Positions 1-13,150 of a DNA stretch of 64,000 nt are shown one piece after another (position 1 is the first letter of the stretch; every line of letters starts with the position of its first letter). The position numbers were made by a program, and so were the translations under genes. The stretch covers positions 434,001-498,000 of the forward strand of contig JAYWIR010000007.1 in the NCBI GenBank assembly GCA_036172245.1, read 5' to 3'. This DNA comes from Raillietiella orientalis (lineage: Eukaryota). The notes beneath the pieces were generated by a model. It was not told the origin of the DNA. It saw only the letters and a list, made by a program, of their open reading frames with translations, and searched no databases.

Positions 1-239
1 CTTCCGATTCTAAAAAAAAAACGTTCGGAAGAATTGTGTCAGCGACGACCGTTTCACAAAGAGCTCACCGTCGAACCGGACGTCAGACGGTCAGTCGAGT
101 CGGTGCAGACACACCGCCGGATGCGCCGCATCCCACAGGAGTGGGGCGGAGGAATCTTTTCTGGAGAACGACGGCCCCCCGCCAACGTGCACGTCCGCGG
201 CGTGTCTCCGGGGCTGTTCCCGAGAAGATTCCAAAAGTA

Positions 240-2800
240 AACCTCTGCGGGCTGTCGAATCCAGCGAGCGCCTCCTGTCACAACCTGCTTCCTGTCTTCC
301 AGGAACCGTCGCTTTTGTTCGCACCAAAAACGATTGTGCACTTGAAATCTTATCTGGCGCCAGTCAATTTCCCTATGGCCGAAGACAACTCGCGCTAAAT
401 ATTCCTACTTGAAGGTGCGAAAGCGTCCTCCAAGAAAAAACAAAAAACGAGCATTCGGTGTTTCTATTCCTAGCCCGACGGTACCAGTCGGATCCAACGT
501 GCATCATCATCTCTTTTCTCACTGTGCTCTGCAATTTCGAGGATCTCTTTTGCGATTCGAATTCGCGCTTCGCATCAACTTCCGAAAATAATCCTGTGAA
601 GAACGGGAAGGTGAGGATGGAGCTGACGAGAGTGGTGCTGCAAGACTTTTTTCGTGTGTGTTGGCTCCCGTGCTCGGATTTGTCGGAGCAACTGCTTCGG
701 AAGACGTTCGCGCTCAGCGTCAGTCGTTTTGCCCGCTCCGGGGTCGTATATCCTGGCGGGAAAGGGAAGAAAGGGGGGGGGGGGGGGGAGGAAAAAGCCC
801 GAAAAATAGCTCGTTGACTTTTCGTCGTACGTCCAATCTTGACCAACAGACCACTCGCTGCCCTCCTCCTCGGCCACTCTTCCTGCTGCTGCTGCTGCTG
901 CTGCTGCCTCAAGGGACCGCAGCGCTTCTTGCATTCACGGACGCGTTCTCGCTGTCCACCGCCGCCATCATCGGAAGGCTATCAATAACTCGCACAAAAC
1001 GGAGATCAACAAGGGCGCGTCGTGCCGTGTGCCCACCATTGTTGTCCCGTGTCTATAAATAGTCCCTACGCCCGAGTCGTGGTCAATCCAGCTACGTGTT
1101 CCAAAGGCATGAGTGGTGGTGGTGGTTGTTTTTTTTCCACGGTTATGTGCGAGTGTGTGCGTGTGTGTTTTCCACGGTTGTGTGCAAATGTGATGTTGGG
1201 ATTCGACCCACGTCGATCACGGTGAAATGTAGGGCGAGTCACGAGTCGCGCGTCGTCCGTGTGATGCATCTTCGTGCCATAACGGTGGCGCTTTCAGCTT
1301 TTCCCATAGCAAAAGTGAGAGTTGCCATCGCGATCGGAGTGGAAAATTCGAAAACCGGAAAACCGAGCCAGGGAACCAACCGCCCCCCCCCCCCCCTCCC
1401 CGACGCGCGCGCGCGAGAGAGGTCTTATTTGCCACCGAAACGCTTTCGCGTAGCCATGGCAACGACAGCAGGAGCCCGCCTGGTCGGATGCACGAACGCT
1501 TTTAAAACCTAACCGAACGCAAAAGCAGGCAGAATCACAAGAGGGTTTCGCCGGTCGTTAAGTGCAGGTCACGGAAAACCGACCGCTCGGTTTCGGATGG
1601 CGGTGCTCTTTCTTCCTCCGCGTGCGTCGAGCACGTGCTCGATGGACATTGGAAGCCTCCACGGTGCGAACCACCGAGCGGCTCGTCAACCCGCGGGGTC
1701 GCCGGGGTAGGAAGAAACCTTTCACCAACGGGGTTTTCTGATGACACAAAATACTTTCTGCGGCCCCCTCCTCCTCCTCCTCCCGAAAGAGGGCCACGAG
1801 AGCGAAGGTCGAGGGATTGGTGGAAGGAGGGGGGGGGGGGACGCAGTCGCTGCGCAGCGTGGGGAGCAGCCCTCCCTGGCGTCTTCGCGGCTCCACGGCG
1901 ATCCGGGTAACGGCAGAAGGCAGGGATGACGACGGAACGCCCCACGCGAATCGGAAAACACTCCTCTCCGCTGCTGTCCAGAGCCCACCGGATTGGTGGG
2001 CACAACAGCACGCGCGCGCGCCGACTTTTTGCCAAGCTCTCGGAACCTCCTACCACCTCCTGGTCGATATATCCACGCTCTTGGATGGTGAGCGGTGGAG
2101 ACGATGCGTGGGTCATGCGTTATGACGATGATAGTAGGAGATCCTTCGTGACCGCTCTCTCCTTGACGCGCCCCCCTTACAGCCCTTCCTCCGGCACTTC
2201 GGGGTTTCTCTTCCTCATCCTCGAGGAGCGGTCTTTCCCTGCAGTCCTTCCACCCCATATTGCCTTCTTGAGGCCCCCTGCCTCCGTGCAGACGCAAACC
2301 GGTAACAGTTTGCAGTTCCTTTGGCCCCCTTCTTTGTACGCAGGCTGCAGAGGCTGTGCGGCGCTGCACCTTGAGTTGATTTCGGAAAAGGAGAAAGGAA
2401 GGAAGGGGATCTCGGATAAATCTCCAACGATCGAACGTGTCTCGGAACTTGCCCGGGCGATCCACGGGTCGTTCGGAACGACTGGATGTGTTCCTCAGCG
2501 ATCCCTTCGCCGAATCCGAACCGTAGCCTCAGCCACCGCATTGGTTTCTCTTCAACGGCGACATATGAAAGAAACGAAGCACAGAGGCAACGACTCTGGA
2601 AATGGAACATGGAGTTGATCTGGTTCGATGCGTTGAACGTGCAGGAACGGTTGCCACGGTGAAGCGGAAGAGTCCTTAAGCCGAAATGTGCTCGGTGGAG
2701 ACTTGGGACACCGTCCAGGCTGTGCAAGAGAACCAACCACGAGGTTATGTCCACAGCGCAAGCGACCCCGATGGCTTCCTGGCGGAGGATCTGCAAGGAG
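240..2800 (-). mobile_element. Decayed Penelope-like element (RT + GIY-YIG) inside a Shab intron; boundaries approximate
   Basis: Minus-strand remnants in PLE order across frameshifts: GNSHFCYGKS.KRHRYGTKM (~1330-1260; cf. N.F.F.GK.Y.Q..G..MG), NPNITF (~1200; cf. HPNI.FT), TYDEKST (~830; cf. VYRKPT), LTFPFFTGLFSE (cf. LPY..GLSE), HVGSDWYRRARNRNTEC (cf. YVG.T.R....R..EH), GHREIDWRQI...KRRFLE (~375-300; cf. GH.IDW...R..LE). Confidence 0.45.
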
Positions 2801-3625
2801 CGAGTTGGTCGAGGAGGAGAATTGGACCCGAGCCAGACTCTCTCTGATCATCGGCAACGTGGCGCCGATGCAGCAGCACGTCAGCGGTGCATCCGGGGCC
2901 AACCGAAACGTCGTTTCCCGGAGGCTCCTGGAAATTCAGGCGGACCCGCGGGAACGAGGAGGGGAGGAGTGATGCAAAAACCCTCGGTCTGCGGGAAGCC
3001 AAGGCGTCTACCCTTGAGAGGAAACGGGAAATGCGGATTCGAGGAAAAGAAGGAATAAGCCTTCTCCTGACGCGTGTCGGATGAAACACGGAGACATCGC
3101 AGCCTCCAGAGGAAAAACAAAACCAGAAATGAAAGATTGACGTCGCCATCAATTACCTCCGGAAGCAGACGTTTCTCGCAACGGTGGCCGACGGCTGCCG
3201 AATCGACGACGGTCGGAATTCTCGGGCTGCAAAAGCATCATTTCGTTCGGACTTTGCGTTGCTGTCTCTTCGCCTCGGCCCCCCGGTCTTTGCGCTTCCC
3301 TCAAAACGAGACACACCACGGACAGAGAACATGTGTAATTAAGGCGGACAACTGAACGTCCCTCCTCCCCCCCTCCCCCCACTCGTATCGCAAATGCCCT
3401 CTTTCTGCTCGTCGACGACGTTTATACTGAAGGGAAAGGGGGAGATCACGAACGGTCGTCGTCGTCACGGTAGGGATCGGCGGGGTGGTGGTGGGTGTCC
3501 CCACGTCTCGATGCTGCGTGCGTTGGCCGAAAGCAAAAAGCAGCTTCCCCTCGATCTTCCGAGATGCTAGGAACCGCATCCCGCCGGAGGAGCGTGCTCT
3601 GAACCCAGTTCCCGATTGCTTCCAG

Positions 3626-3852
3626 GTCACAACATATCCGAGATAGACGCTAACAGCCTGGAAGGAGACAGTTTCACAGTCGGTCACACCGGCACGGGAT
3701 GCTACAAGAATCACGATCACTCGATGGGACTCCGAAGAAGTCGTTCCCTGATGGATAGGGTCCAACCGGACGTGAGAATCCCGAAGTCATCGGACGACAA
3801 GGAAGATCTTTCGGAGGAAGGAGTGCAGCTGGAACCAGACGATGAGAAACGC
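3626..3852 (+). CDS. Shab: Shab/Kv2 potassium channel, proximal C-terminal exon
   Basis: Acceptor ttgcttccag|, donor |gtgagt at 3853. Translation GHNISEIDANSLEGDSFTVGHTGTGCYKNHDH matches, from recall, the arthropod Shab segment GHNLSQTDGNSTEGE...TGTGCYKNYDH that follows the post-S6 region. Confidence 0.85.
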
Positions 3853-4519
3853 GTGAGTATACCAGATGCATAATATAGGAAAGCTATAATCAAAAAAAAA
3901 AAAAAAAAAAAAAAGCAAAATAAAACTGTTGATGAGGTTTGTATTTAGAAGTATCTGAAATTCTTGATCATAGTTTTAGAAAATCTTAAAGAAACACACG
4001 GTAAGAATTTCAACTTTAGCCTAGAAATAAATAAGGTTCAAATCAGGAAGTCCGAAAAGTCCAAGACTTCCCGGAGGCGATGAATAAGATCATTACCGCA
4101 TGATGTTTATCGCGGGGATCAATCTCAAGTTCAGGGAAGAGGAACAGAAAGGTAAATTCATGCCATTCTCTAAGGATTACGTGAGGACCGCGAGAGCCAA
4201 GGCATCCACGGGTTGCATTCCGCATCCGAGCTCGTCCCAGTGAGGACAGCGACCCCACGGTAGAATCGGAGCCGACTCTTCTTCAGCAACGTGATCCCCG
4301 CGAACTTCGCAAGGGAGTGCTTTCGTGTTTGACCCCATGGGGAGGAGGAGAAGCTTCCTTCGCGCGCCGTGGCGGGACTCGGGGGGAAGGGGGGGGGGGG
4401 CACCGCCGCCGGAATAAGCTCGGCTTCATTAGGCAAGTCGTTATTCCCGTCCAGATAATTACGACGCATTCAGGAAGTAGCCTGCACAAAAGCAAGCAAA
4501 AATAGACGTCTCAGGGAAG

Positions 4520-5200
4520 GCGACTCATTTTCTAGGGACGAGGTTTCTTCTTCTCGATCCGCATATCTTCTGGAGATACGTTTCACGTCCGGATTCCTCT
4601 TCGTCCGATGTGGACTTATCGGTGGTTCGCGGAGCTTCGGGCCGGGAAGAAAGGATGACGTGCTGTCCTTGATTTTTTTTCTCCTTGCGGGAGGAGTCGA
4701 TCCAGCGGCGCTTGGGAAAGGGATGCAAAATTACTGTGTGCGTTCTTAGCTTGGTGGAGTAAGAGGGGAGGGGGGCGGGGGGAAGAGCAGGGCGGCGGAA
4801 ATCGTTGATCCCGAGGTTGCCGATGGTCGTTCGACGAACGAGAGAGAAGACATGCAGCAGCAGCAGCAGCAAATGCGACTTCAAAACTATTTATTTACTC
4901 AGACACTTTCACGTCAAAGCTGCACCCTGGTTTCCACGCAAGAGGCATCCATTCCAACTCGCTGCTCACCGACACCATTATGCACATCACGAAAGTAGGA
5001 TCTCGCCGCAGATTTCCAGTCCGATGTCGGAATGTGCAGGCTGGTCAGCTGAGTCGAAACGGGTCATGGCAGCCTCGGAGAACACGAGGGGTGAAGTCGT
5101 GCATCGCAGAATCAGGACCCGGACGCTCCATCACGGTCTCTTGCATGGTAGCGCTGAGATGGGAAAGCAGGCGTGTTCTTGAGCGTGCTTCTTCCGTATC
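4520..5200 (-). mobile_element. Possible decayed LINE C-terminal fragment
   Basis: Minus-strand TKLRTHTVILHPFPKR...GQHVILSSRP loosely resembles the RLRTGH..L...C..C...H.L..CP end of I-group LINE ORF2; weak. Confidence 0.22.
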
Positions 5201-5666
5201 TTTACTCAGCCTCCATTCCCCCCTCCCCCCCCCCTCAGCATCCGCGCTAGCCACGAACCGGTGCTGGTCGGTGGCACACGAAAAGTAGGTGCCAAGGCCG
5301 GGTCTCTCTCTCCCCCCCCCCCTTCCGGGCTTGTTTGGAGCTGCGGAGCAGCGCGGGCATCGCTTTGGCCGACGGCTACGAGCGGGGGAGAGCCAGAACC
5401 GACGCCCATTTCCAGGATCATTGGATTACGTGGGTGTCGAATCGTGGCCGGGATCATTTCGAGACGGGCACTCTCTCTCCGGGCAACGAGGCGAGGACGT
5501 GCGAGTTCTAAAGCCTTCCCGAGTGCGAAATTGCTTCTCGCTGAATGCCGGGAATCGAGCCCCTTCCGGAGCCCGACGCGTTCTCGGCCAGCTCCGGTTA
5601 TTTACTCGTTTATTTATTTATTTATTTTTGCGTGAGCGCGCCTCGCAGGCAGGAGGAGTTCGTTTC

Positions 5667-5704
<38 letters not shown>

Positions 5705-5999
5705 TTTCGTCGACTCGATCCCGCGATTTCCTCCGCGGGCTGCATTGTTGACTCGGGAGCGGATTCTTAAAATAGACGCGACGCTCGATTCGGCCGGCAT
5801 TGTTGGCCGCTGGAAATAAAGGGAGGGGGGGGGGGCGGCCCGACGTAAACAATGCTCGTTTCCCTAGCGAAGGCCTCAGACTCTCGGGAGTAGTCCTCTC
5901 AGGAGGGTCCTGCTGAAGGGAAACGGGAGGGGAGGGGAGGGGGGGGGAAACACACACATCCGGGGAACTTTGCTCCCATCCCCGTCGCCTCCGTTTGCG

Positions 6000-6860
6000 G
6001 TTACCGCCGTGGCTGCAGACCACATGTGGGCAAACAGGGGGCTCCCAGCACCCGTGGGAGGTGAGCGCGCTAAACGGCGTTACCCCGCCGATTCGCTCGG
6101 GACCTGGGAGCGCTTGGCAGCGAGCCAGCGTAATGCAAACATCCTTTTGTTATGATGACATCCGAATCGCACTAATCCATCGATTTCCTCGCACACGACA
6201 GCATCCGCTTCGGCCGAGATTTCGAAAGAAAGTTCGTGGTCTCCCTTCCAAGGCTGGAAGAAAATCCGTCTTGTCGAAACACACACACACACACAGAGAG
6301 AGAGAGGGAGAGGGAGAGAAGAGAAAAAAACACCGTAGGGTGTCCGTGGGGGCGCCTCCGCATTTCGTGCGCTCAGCTCAAGCCTGAGAACCTGAAAGTA
6401 TGTGTGAGAAATCTGGAAAATATCCGTCTGCATCGTGGGCTGTCTTTCAGAAATCCTCGGAGAGGAACGTTTCGGACGAAATGAATCATCCTCCGCTGGA
6501 GGAAGGCATCCAGATTCCGAACCGGGTAAGCGGCTTTGCACCATTTCGAAATTCCGTGTTTGCAAGTGAACCCATGCATTTCGAAAAGCGAGCCTTTTTT
6601 TTTTTTGGCCTACGGAAAAAATTCAGTGGAAAACGAATACAAGGTTACGAGGGGGAGGCGAATCCCTCCGTTCCATTCGTTTGCTTCCGTGATCAATCCG
6701 TGCAGGTAGGAGGGGGAAAAAACGGTGACCAACGGCCAGTTTTCTCTGAATCTGTCCGTGTGCACGACATTCCGTGTTTACTGCGCTTCGCACACTTCGA
6801 GATTCTTCTGGAACGCATTCCTCATGGAAACTCCGAGAAAACGGCTTTGGATTCCATAGG
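6000..6860 (+). mobile_element. Decayed Penelope-like element (RT C-terminus + GIY-YIG start) in a Shab intron
   Basis: Collinear remnants: FCYDDI (~6146-6163; cf. RYVDDI), SIRFGRDFERKFVVSLP (cf. I.FT.E.E...LPFLD), FFGLRKK (cf. LPY..GLSEK), SVRVHDIPCL...LERIPH (cf. GVVY.IPC...RI.EH). Confidence 0.5.
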
Positions 6861-6861
6861 G

Positions 6862-6894
<33 letters not shown>

Positions 6895-8690
6895 TAAAAA
6901 AAATGTTGTCGCTACTGTATGCCTCCTTCATTAATAAATTAATGGTCGGTGCGCAAATAAATATTAGTTGAAACAGAAGGATTACGTGCGTTCCACGTTG
7001 CGAGACCTACAGCTTATCGGTCGTACCCCTAATTCGTGGAGAGGAGGAGGAGGAGGAGGAGAATCCAGGGGGAACGCTTTCTTCGGGCTCCCTCCTCTCT
7101 GTAAACAGAATTATTCCGAATGGCTTGCCGGGCTTTGCGGTCAGCCCCCCCCCCCCCCCCGCCCCCCGAGCCGAACGGAAGTGGTTTCCTGCCTTTTTTC
7201 TGTTTCCTGTCGCTCAACTCGATTTCTCTTCAAGGATTTTGCCTTAACACTGTGTGCTGACCACTTTTCCCGTCCGAGAAAAGCACCTTTCGAAAAGATC
7301 AGCTCTTCAGAGCGAGTGAAGTGCCTCCGAAATCGCCGGCTGAATCCCACCCCCAGCGTCCCGAACACACCAGGGAAAGAACCGTTCCGTGGGCGTCTTC
7401 CCGAGAGGGAGAAAAGGAGGCCCACGGCAACAGCAGGATGCGGTCGCTCCCTCTCTCCCTTCGCCATTTAGCGCGATACTTCTAAAGTAAACAAGTTGCA
7501 TTTGGCACACAAGAAAGAAAGGGAAGGCTCCTTCTCCAGACATTGGATTACTTCCTAAATTTAATATTCACGTTCCCCCCCCCCCCTCCTCCGTCTGGAA
7601 GAAATCGGGGGTTCCGAGTGCAAACAACCACGTCAAGCGAGGAAAAAAAAAAAAAAAAAAAACACGTGTGATGCACACGAAAAGTTGAAAAGGCATGGCG
7701 ATGGCGTGTGTTGGGAGTGTCGGCTCCGACGTGGGACAGGCGCGTTTCTGCTTCGGCCGGATCCTGGAGGCAGCGCTCTTCTCTCGGCTTCCGGGAAGAG
7801 CCGGGACATCCAGCGTTCCGAATGCGCGCATCCTTGCCCACTCCATGGGAACCGATTTCCCGCGTGTTTGCACTCTTCGGGACTGGCGGTGATGGGTGCA
7901 AATGACCTATGAGTCCTGTGATTTTCGCGCATGACATTTGCATGCTCCGTAGGGCCCTCTCCCTCCCCCCCCCCCCCCCCCACCTCTCCTCCTAGAACGC
8001 GTCTCGATAGCAGCAGCAGCAGCAGCCCCCTCTGCCGCCGGCTGCGGGGTGTGTGCGTGTAAAGTGCAAAGCAACATCAGTGGATTCAATTAATGGTACG
8101 GGGAAAGGCATGCAAACCGAAAGGACAACACGGACTCCCCGGAAATGACTGATGACGTAATTACGATGACAAGTTTTTCGGTGCTTGGTTGGAATAGCCC
8201 CAAGCTGGTTGCCCTCGCGTTTCACGAGAAGCCCTGCTAGGCGGGCCTTCGAAGGCCTTCCAGAGGTTTCCTTCACAGACGAAAGACACTGACCGCATCA
8301 GCAGGGCGTTTCAGCTCGGGTGGGCCACGGCGGTGCATTTGCGAATTCCAAGCGTCAGGGATGGGTCCACCCAGGACCCCCTCCTCCCCGAACCTATTCT
8401 GTTGAACGAGAGCTTCGTTCCGGCTTCCTCGACAGTTCCTTCTCTTTCCCATCCCATCCCATCCGATTCCCGATGCTTCAAGCACTTGCGAGCGGGCGGG
8501 AGAATCAGTCTTCGGAGGGGACACTGGCGGCGTCCGTCTTCTCGATCTTGCCTGCACGTTGCCTGGCGGCCAGGCGAGTGTCCATGCACACGTGTCCGCA
8601 CGCAGAGCTGCTGCTGCACCCGCCGCAACACCTCGCCCTTTGCACGCGGTTCCTGCGAGACGTGGAATTGCCTTCTACTTCGGTTTCCAG

Positions 8691-8873
8691 AACTCTTCGG
8701 AAACTGTAGATTCGAAGCCACCCTCGCACGACTTCAACCTGTGCTCCCAAATATGCCAGCAGCTCTCCAAGGAGCACGTGAACAACGTCTTCGAGATGGG
8801 AAGCCTGGACAGCACCAACACGTTCGCCACCTGCAACACCCATCCCTTCCTGTCGGAGCACAACATGGCTTAC
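8691..8873 (+). CDS. Shab: Shab/Kv2 C-terminal exon carrying the PRC/phospho-FFAT-like motif
   Basis: Acceptor cggtttccag|, donor |gtaagt at 8874, 61 codons, phase 0 matching the 3852 donor. Encodes MGSLDSTNTFATCNTHPFLS, resembling the insect Shab S.DS.DT(F/Y)ASC.THPF motif and Kv2.1 SIDSFISCAT. Confidence 0.8.
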
Positions 8874-8944
8874 GTAAGTCCACGGGGCTGTGGTGGCGGT
8901 TCCTCGATGGCCCTCCCCCCCTCCCTCTCTCTCCCCTCTTCCAG

Positions 8945-9118
8945 AAGAAGCCCTCGAACGAGGAAGCGGTGAACGGGAAGACCCGGAAGGGCCTGTACAA
9001 GATGAACACTTCCGTTTCCGCGGTGAGGACCTACCCTGGAAACCTCATATCGCTGATCGAGGGGGAGATCCTGAACAAGGATGCCAGCGACATGGTCAGC
9101 CGGTCCTTGCGATTGTGA
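8945..9118 (+). CDS. Shab: Probable next Shab exon; 3' boundary uncertain (donor at 9023 or stop at 9116-9118)
   Basis: 71-nt intron 8874-8944 (gtaagt...ctcccctcttccag), phase 0, continues KKPSNEEAVNGKTRKGLYKMNTSVSA with coding-like codon usage. Confidence 0.55.
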   Translation, partial: KKPSNEEAVNGKTRKGLYKMNTSVSAVRTYPGNLISLIEGEILNKDASDMVSRSLRL

Positions 9119-9149
9119 CCCCGGTGTCATCCGCGTGTGATTCAGGAAG

Positions 9150-9700
9150 CGCTCCTGCCAAAAAAGGGGAAAAGTCACGAGGGAGTCTCCGAATTCTCTC
9201 CCAAGAAATTGGAAGTGACGGAACAAGGTAGCTGCGCCATTTGAAGGGATTGTGCTCGAATGTGACTCGAATGTTCTTCGAACGTACGATGTCCGGATGG
9301 TGTCGTCTGCATAAGAGCAATGTGGAGTTGCATGCTATTTCACAGAAGTCTCGAAACCATTGTGAGTGTTCTGAAGTAACTCTACAAAGTTTTCATTACC
9401 TCGCCAAAGAATTTGGCAGGCTACCAGTAGTGGCGCCCGCCACCCTCATCCAAGTTACTAACACGATTGCACTGATATCGAGTACTAACCGATGCTGACC
9501 CGAGCGAATTCGGAGGGAGAACGTGGCGCTGCGAACCTTCCACGTTGACCTTTGGCGCCAGGCGTGTGCGATTGCTGCTCGCCAGGCAACTCCTGCCGAG
9601 CACACACCACGCAGAAGTCTTCGAGGCTGAAATGACGAGGGACGCCATCCCAGTCGCCACCGGCTGTTGGGTGATTCTCGCCGTTGTCTCTCTCTTACGT
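9150..9700 (-). mobile_element. Possible decayed non-LTR reverse transcriptase fragment
   Basis: Minus-strand remnants AWCVLGRSC (cf. GF..GRSC), VAGATTGSLPNSL (cf. GVPQGS.L.P.L), LLCRRH (YADD position) in order; heavily eroded. Confidence 0.28.
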
Positions 9701-11161
9701 TTTTCGCAAGGTCACGCCATCAAGATCCCCCCCTCCCCCCCACCCCCACCGTTGCATTCGGCTCTCCGATGAGCATAATAACCGTTGCTTTCCCACCGTT
9801 TCACGACCGAGTCCGGGGGGGGGGGGGGGCAGGATGAGTAGGTGCGTTGCTGCGACAACAGTAGGGGTCACCCCGGGGTCCAGTTCCGGAAAGGAAAGGA
9901 GTGCTTTGGCGTCTTTCCCCAGCGATTGGTTTGCCACAGCGACTCCCACGCAAATTGCTTCTGTATCCCCCCGACGCTTCAGGGCCGCCGCTTTGTCGTC
10001 GACGTCCCCCCCCCCCCCCTCCCTCACCCTTTTTCTCTTTCCTGCTCGTTTTGAAAGCGCACCACCCCCACCCCCGTTCCACTTCCCTTGATGAAATCCT
10101 GCAAGGAGGATTTCATCAAGGCCACAGGGTGGGTGCTGCAGGTCGCACAGGCGTGAGGGGGGCTTCCCCCCCCCCCCGTGTTCGTCAGCCGGTCAGTCGA
10201 ACACGCTGCCGACGTCGACGAGGGGTGTCCTTCAGCTGCGTTTCCCTTATTAACCCCTCCCCCCCCCCAGCTCCGAACGTGAAAACTGCATCGTGAACAC
10301 CGATGTTCGAAGTGACGGGATAAAACAAGAAACTCCCTGCACGCTGCATCGAAGAGGCAGTGCAAATAAGAGAATTGGATCCAGAAGCACCGATCGACGA
10401 ACCGTAACTAGGCCGGAAGAGTGGGGGAGGAGGGAAGGAGGAACCCGCAAATTGGTACATGGCTTTCGGAAATAAAGGCTATAATTAGCAAAGTGCGGTT
10501 AACGGCGACGTTGCGAAAAATCGTAGCAACGAGGAGAACAACTTTATTGATGCGCGCCGATATTCGGGGCTTTGCCTCAGCCGCCAAGCCGTGAAACCGC
10601 GCAAAGACCCATTTCGTAGGTCCACACCCGAACGTGACCGCGATGATCCGCAATGTGTGTTTTCTGCGGTTGTCCCTCGACCCCTTTCGCTACGAAATTA
10701 CAGAATGTCGGTTCATCTCAAGGAGCATCAGCTTATCCCTTGATTGCTCGTCTCGTAATCCCCCCCCCCCCCTTTTCCCTTTCAAATTTGCATCCACAGC
10801 ACATTAGCGGCCACGAAGGCCTTCAGGGACACTGTGGCTTGCGTTCGGAATTAACGTTTGTTGTTGTTATTTTGCGATCGCTCTTCCTCCCCGAATTTCC
10901 TTCGGAAGGCAGAGGGAGATGCTGAGTCGAAGTCTTCAAGCACGCCCGATCCCTTCTCCCCTTCTCTTCGTTTGGGGGGGGGGGGAAGGAAAAAACAAAA
11001 ACAAAAATGGACGCTTTCTTCTTGTCAACAGAAGTGTTGTGTGTCCAACGTGTGTGTGTGTGGGAGTAGAGTAGGCGCGCTTTCCAAGGTTTACCGCGAA
11101 CGCACGGGATTCAGGATGAGCTCATTTCTTCCATCCTTCGGATCTTTCCATCCCCTTGCAG

Positions 11162-12167
11162 ATCAGCTGCGGGCGACACTGCATCGAAGTGCGCTTCCAA
11201 GATGCTTCGGAACCGATCGTGCTCCTTGGACGCCTGGTGCGCTCAGCTGCCCGGTCCCCAGCCCCATTCCGCGAGGATGCACACGGAAGCATCCCCGCTT
11301 GTGTGTGTGCGATGCACCGATCCCGGGACGTCACCGTTTCCGACGCTGGAGCCGCACCACGAGGAGAGTGGGCTCTCGGTGCCGGATGAGGCGCGGGATG
11401 GAGGAGGACACGGATTCTTCCCGTTCTCCTTCTCGCCGCGTGCCATAAGGAAGAACCAACACGTTCCGGGAGAGAGGCTTCGGCGTTTCGCACCGTGGAG
11501 GTTTTCCATCAGTTCCTGGAGGATTGTTTGCTCTTCGCAGTGGACCAGAAGAAGGAAGGAGCTCTTCGCGTCGGATGACGAGCGCCGGTTGCTATCCGTG
11601 CGAAAGCGGTCGGAGCGGATGAACTCCGACTACTCCTCTCCGATCCATCCTTCAAAGTCCAAAGTCGATGTCGATTCCATGCGGGGGGGGGGGGTCTCTT
11701 TTTTTGTCAACTGCGGCGCTCCAGGCAGTGCGCATTCGGTCATTCACGTCGCTTTTTCCATTGCAGAGACCATCGTCCACGGTGGTGGCGGGAAGCCGTG
11801 TCTTGACAAACGCGGCATCAACCCGGCGGCGAGCAGCCACATCACGATCGAAATAGAGCAGATGGAGGTCCCCAAACTCAGCGCTTTCGATCGTCTGCAC
11901 GCGTACATGTCTGGTTCGACCAGACGACCAGTGTCCATTAGCTACTTCGAAGTAACCTGCAACAAGCGAAACAGCAAATCTCCGACGGAGATCAAATCCA
12001 CCATTTCGGATAGGATAGCCCTACTTCCCGAGGTCGTTGAGTGCGCTTCCGAAATCGTTTCCATAAAGAAATCCCTCATTGACGGCGATGGTGCAGAACA
12101 GATCGATTTCGCTGATGCTACTCCCGACGAAGAGACGCAGCTTCTCGGCCCGGATCAAAAATCGTGA
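11162..12167 (+). CDS. Probable terminal coding exon(s) of Shab (low-complexity C-tail)
   Basis: Open frame of 321+ aa ending TGA at 12165-12167; candidate acceptors ccccttgcag|11162, ctcttcgcag|11541 and ttttccattgcag|11767; distal part (PKLSAFDRLHAYMSG...DEETQLLGPDQKS) is protein-like, same strand and downstream of Shab exons. Link to Shab is inferred. Confidence 0.45.
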
Positions 12168-12479
12168 ATGCTGGCAAAACGTCGAACCCCCCGATACTGA
12201 AATATTTCGAACAATTCATCCTTTTGGCTGTGACTCACCCCAATTTTCATTAAGAAACTTTCCTTAATTGATGGATTGTGAAGAAAAAAAAAGAAAAAGA
12301 GGGGGGGAGGGGGAGAGGGAGGACACTACCAGTAATAATTTATTAGACATATAGATTTCTTCGATGCTTTCTGGTCCACAGAGAAACGGGATGAGACAGT
12401 GAATACTTCTTGTAAACGAGAAAATTCATATTTGTGTGACCATTAAAAATCTTTTTTCTACAGCACGCGGGATATATAA

Positions 12480-13150
12480 ACGTGGGGGGAATTGAAAAAG
12501 GAGCACAAGGGGAAGCTGCGCCACGGGAATCGCCAAACCTGCCCGACAAAGATCTGCCTTCTTTGACCACCGAGGGCTGCATCGAAAAGCGGGGCAGCCG
12601 CGAGATGCCTCCCGCAATTGATTGAGGTTTTTTTTCCTAATAAGCCGCGGGACAGGCAGCATCCGTAATTATCCTCCTCGAGAAAGATTCACAAACTCTC
12701 CGGCGGATGCGAGAAGATCGTTCGCTGCAGCCGGTTGCAGCTTAACGCCCGCGGTTCTTCTGCAGGGCGCTTGCGACGACGACGACGACGACGACCTTTC
12801 CGGGCCCGAAGGGCGCGCCGTGCCCTCTCCGAATAGGCGATGGTCGAGTTTTCCGTTTCCTTCGAACAAGTGGTTCCCCCCCTCGGCCCCTCGGCGAGAG
12901 CGTCCACTTCCTGCGAAGAGGTCGTCCACCCTGCAGACATGCCGGCTGGAAAGCTGCTGGGTTTCCTCTACCGCCAGCAAGGATGAATCTCGGAGCCGCC
13001 ATCGGCAGTCTGATTCGAGGCTGAAAATGAGTGTGTGTGGAACGGGGGGAGGGGCGTCGGTCCCAACCGAACGGATACCATCCAGGAAGGGCCACGCGAG
13101 CTGCCGTCACGAGAAATGTCCCTTAAAGGACAACAAATTCACTTTAAGAC
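12480..13150 (-). mobile_element. Decayed Penelope-like RT fragment
   Basis: Minus-strand VNLLSFKGHFS.RQ (~13143-13100; cf. N.F.F.G.FY.Q) followed by VCRVDDLFAG (~12940-12910; cf. RYVDDLF) and a later SHP. Confidence 0.38.

Noticed and set aside
1195..1212. tRNA T-arm-like string GTGGGTCGAATCCC on minus
   Set aside because: Lacks one T of the TTC loop and no cloverleaf or A box can be built; lies within a PLE relic.
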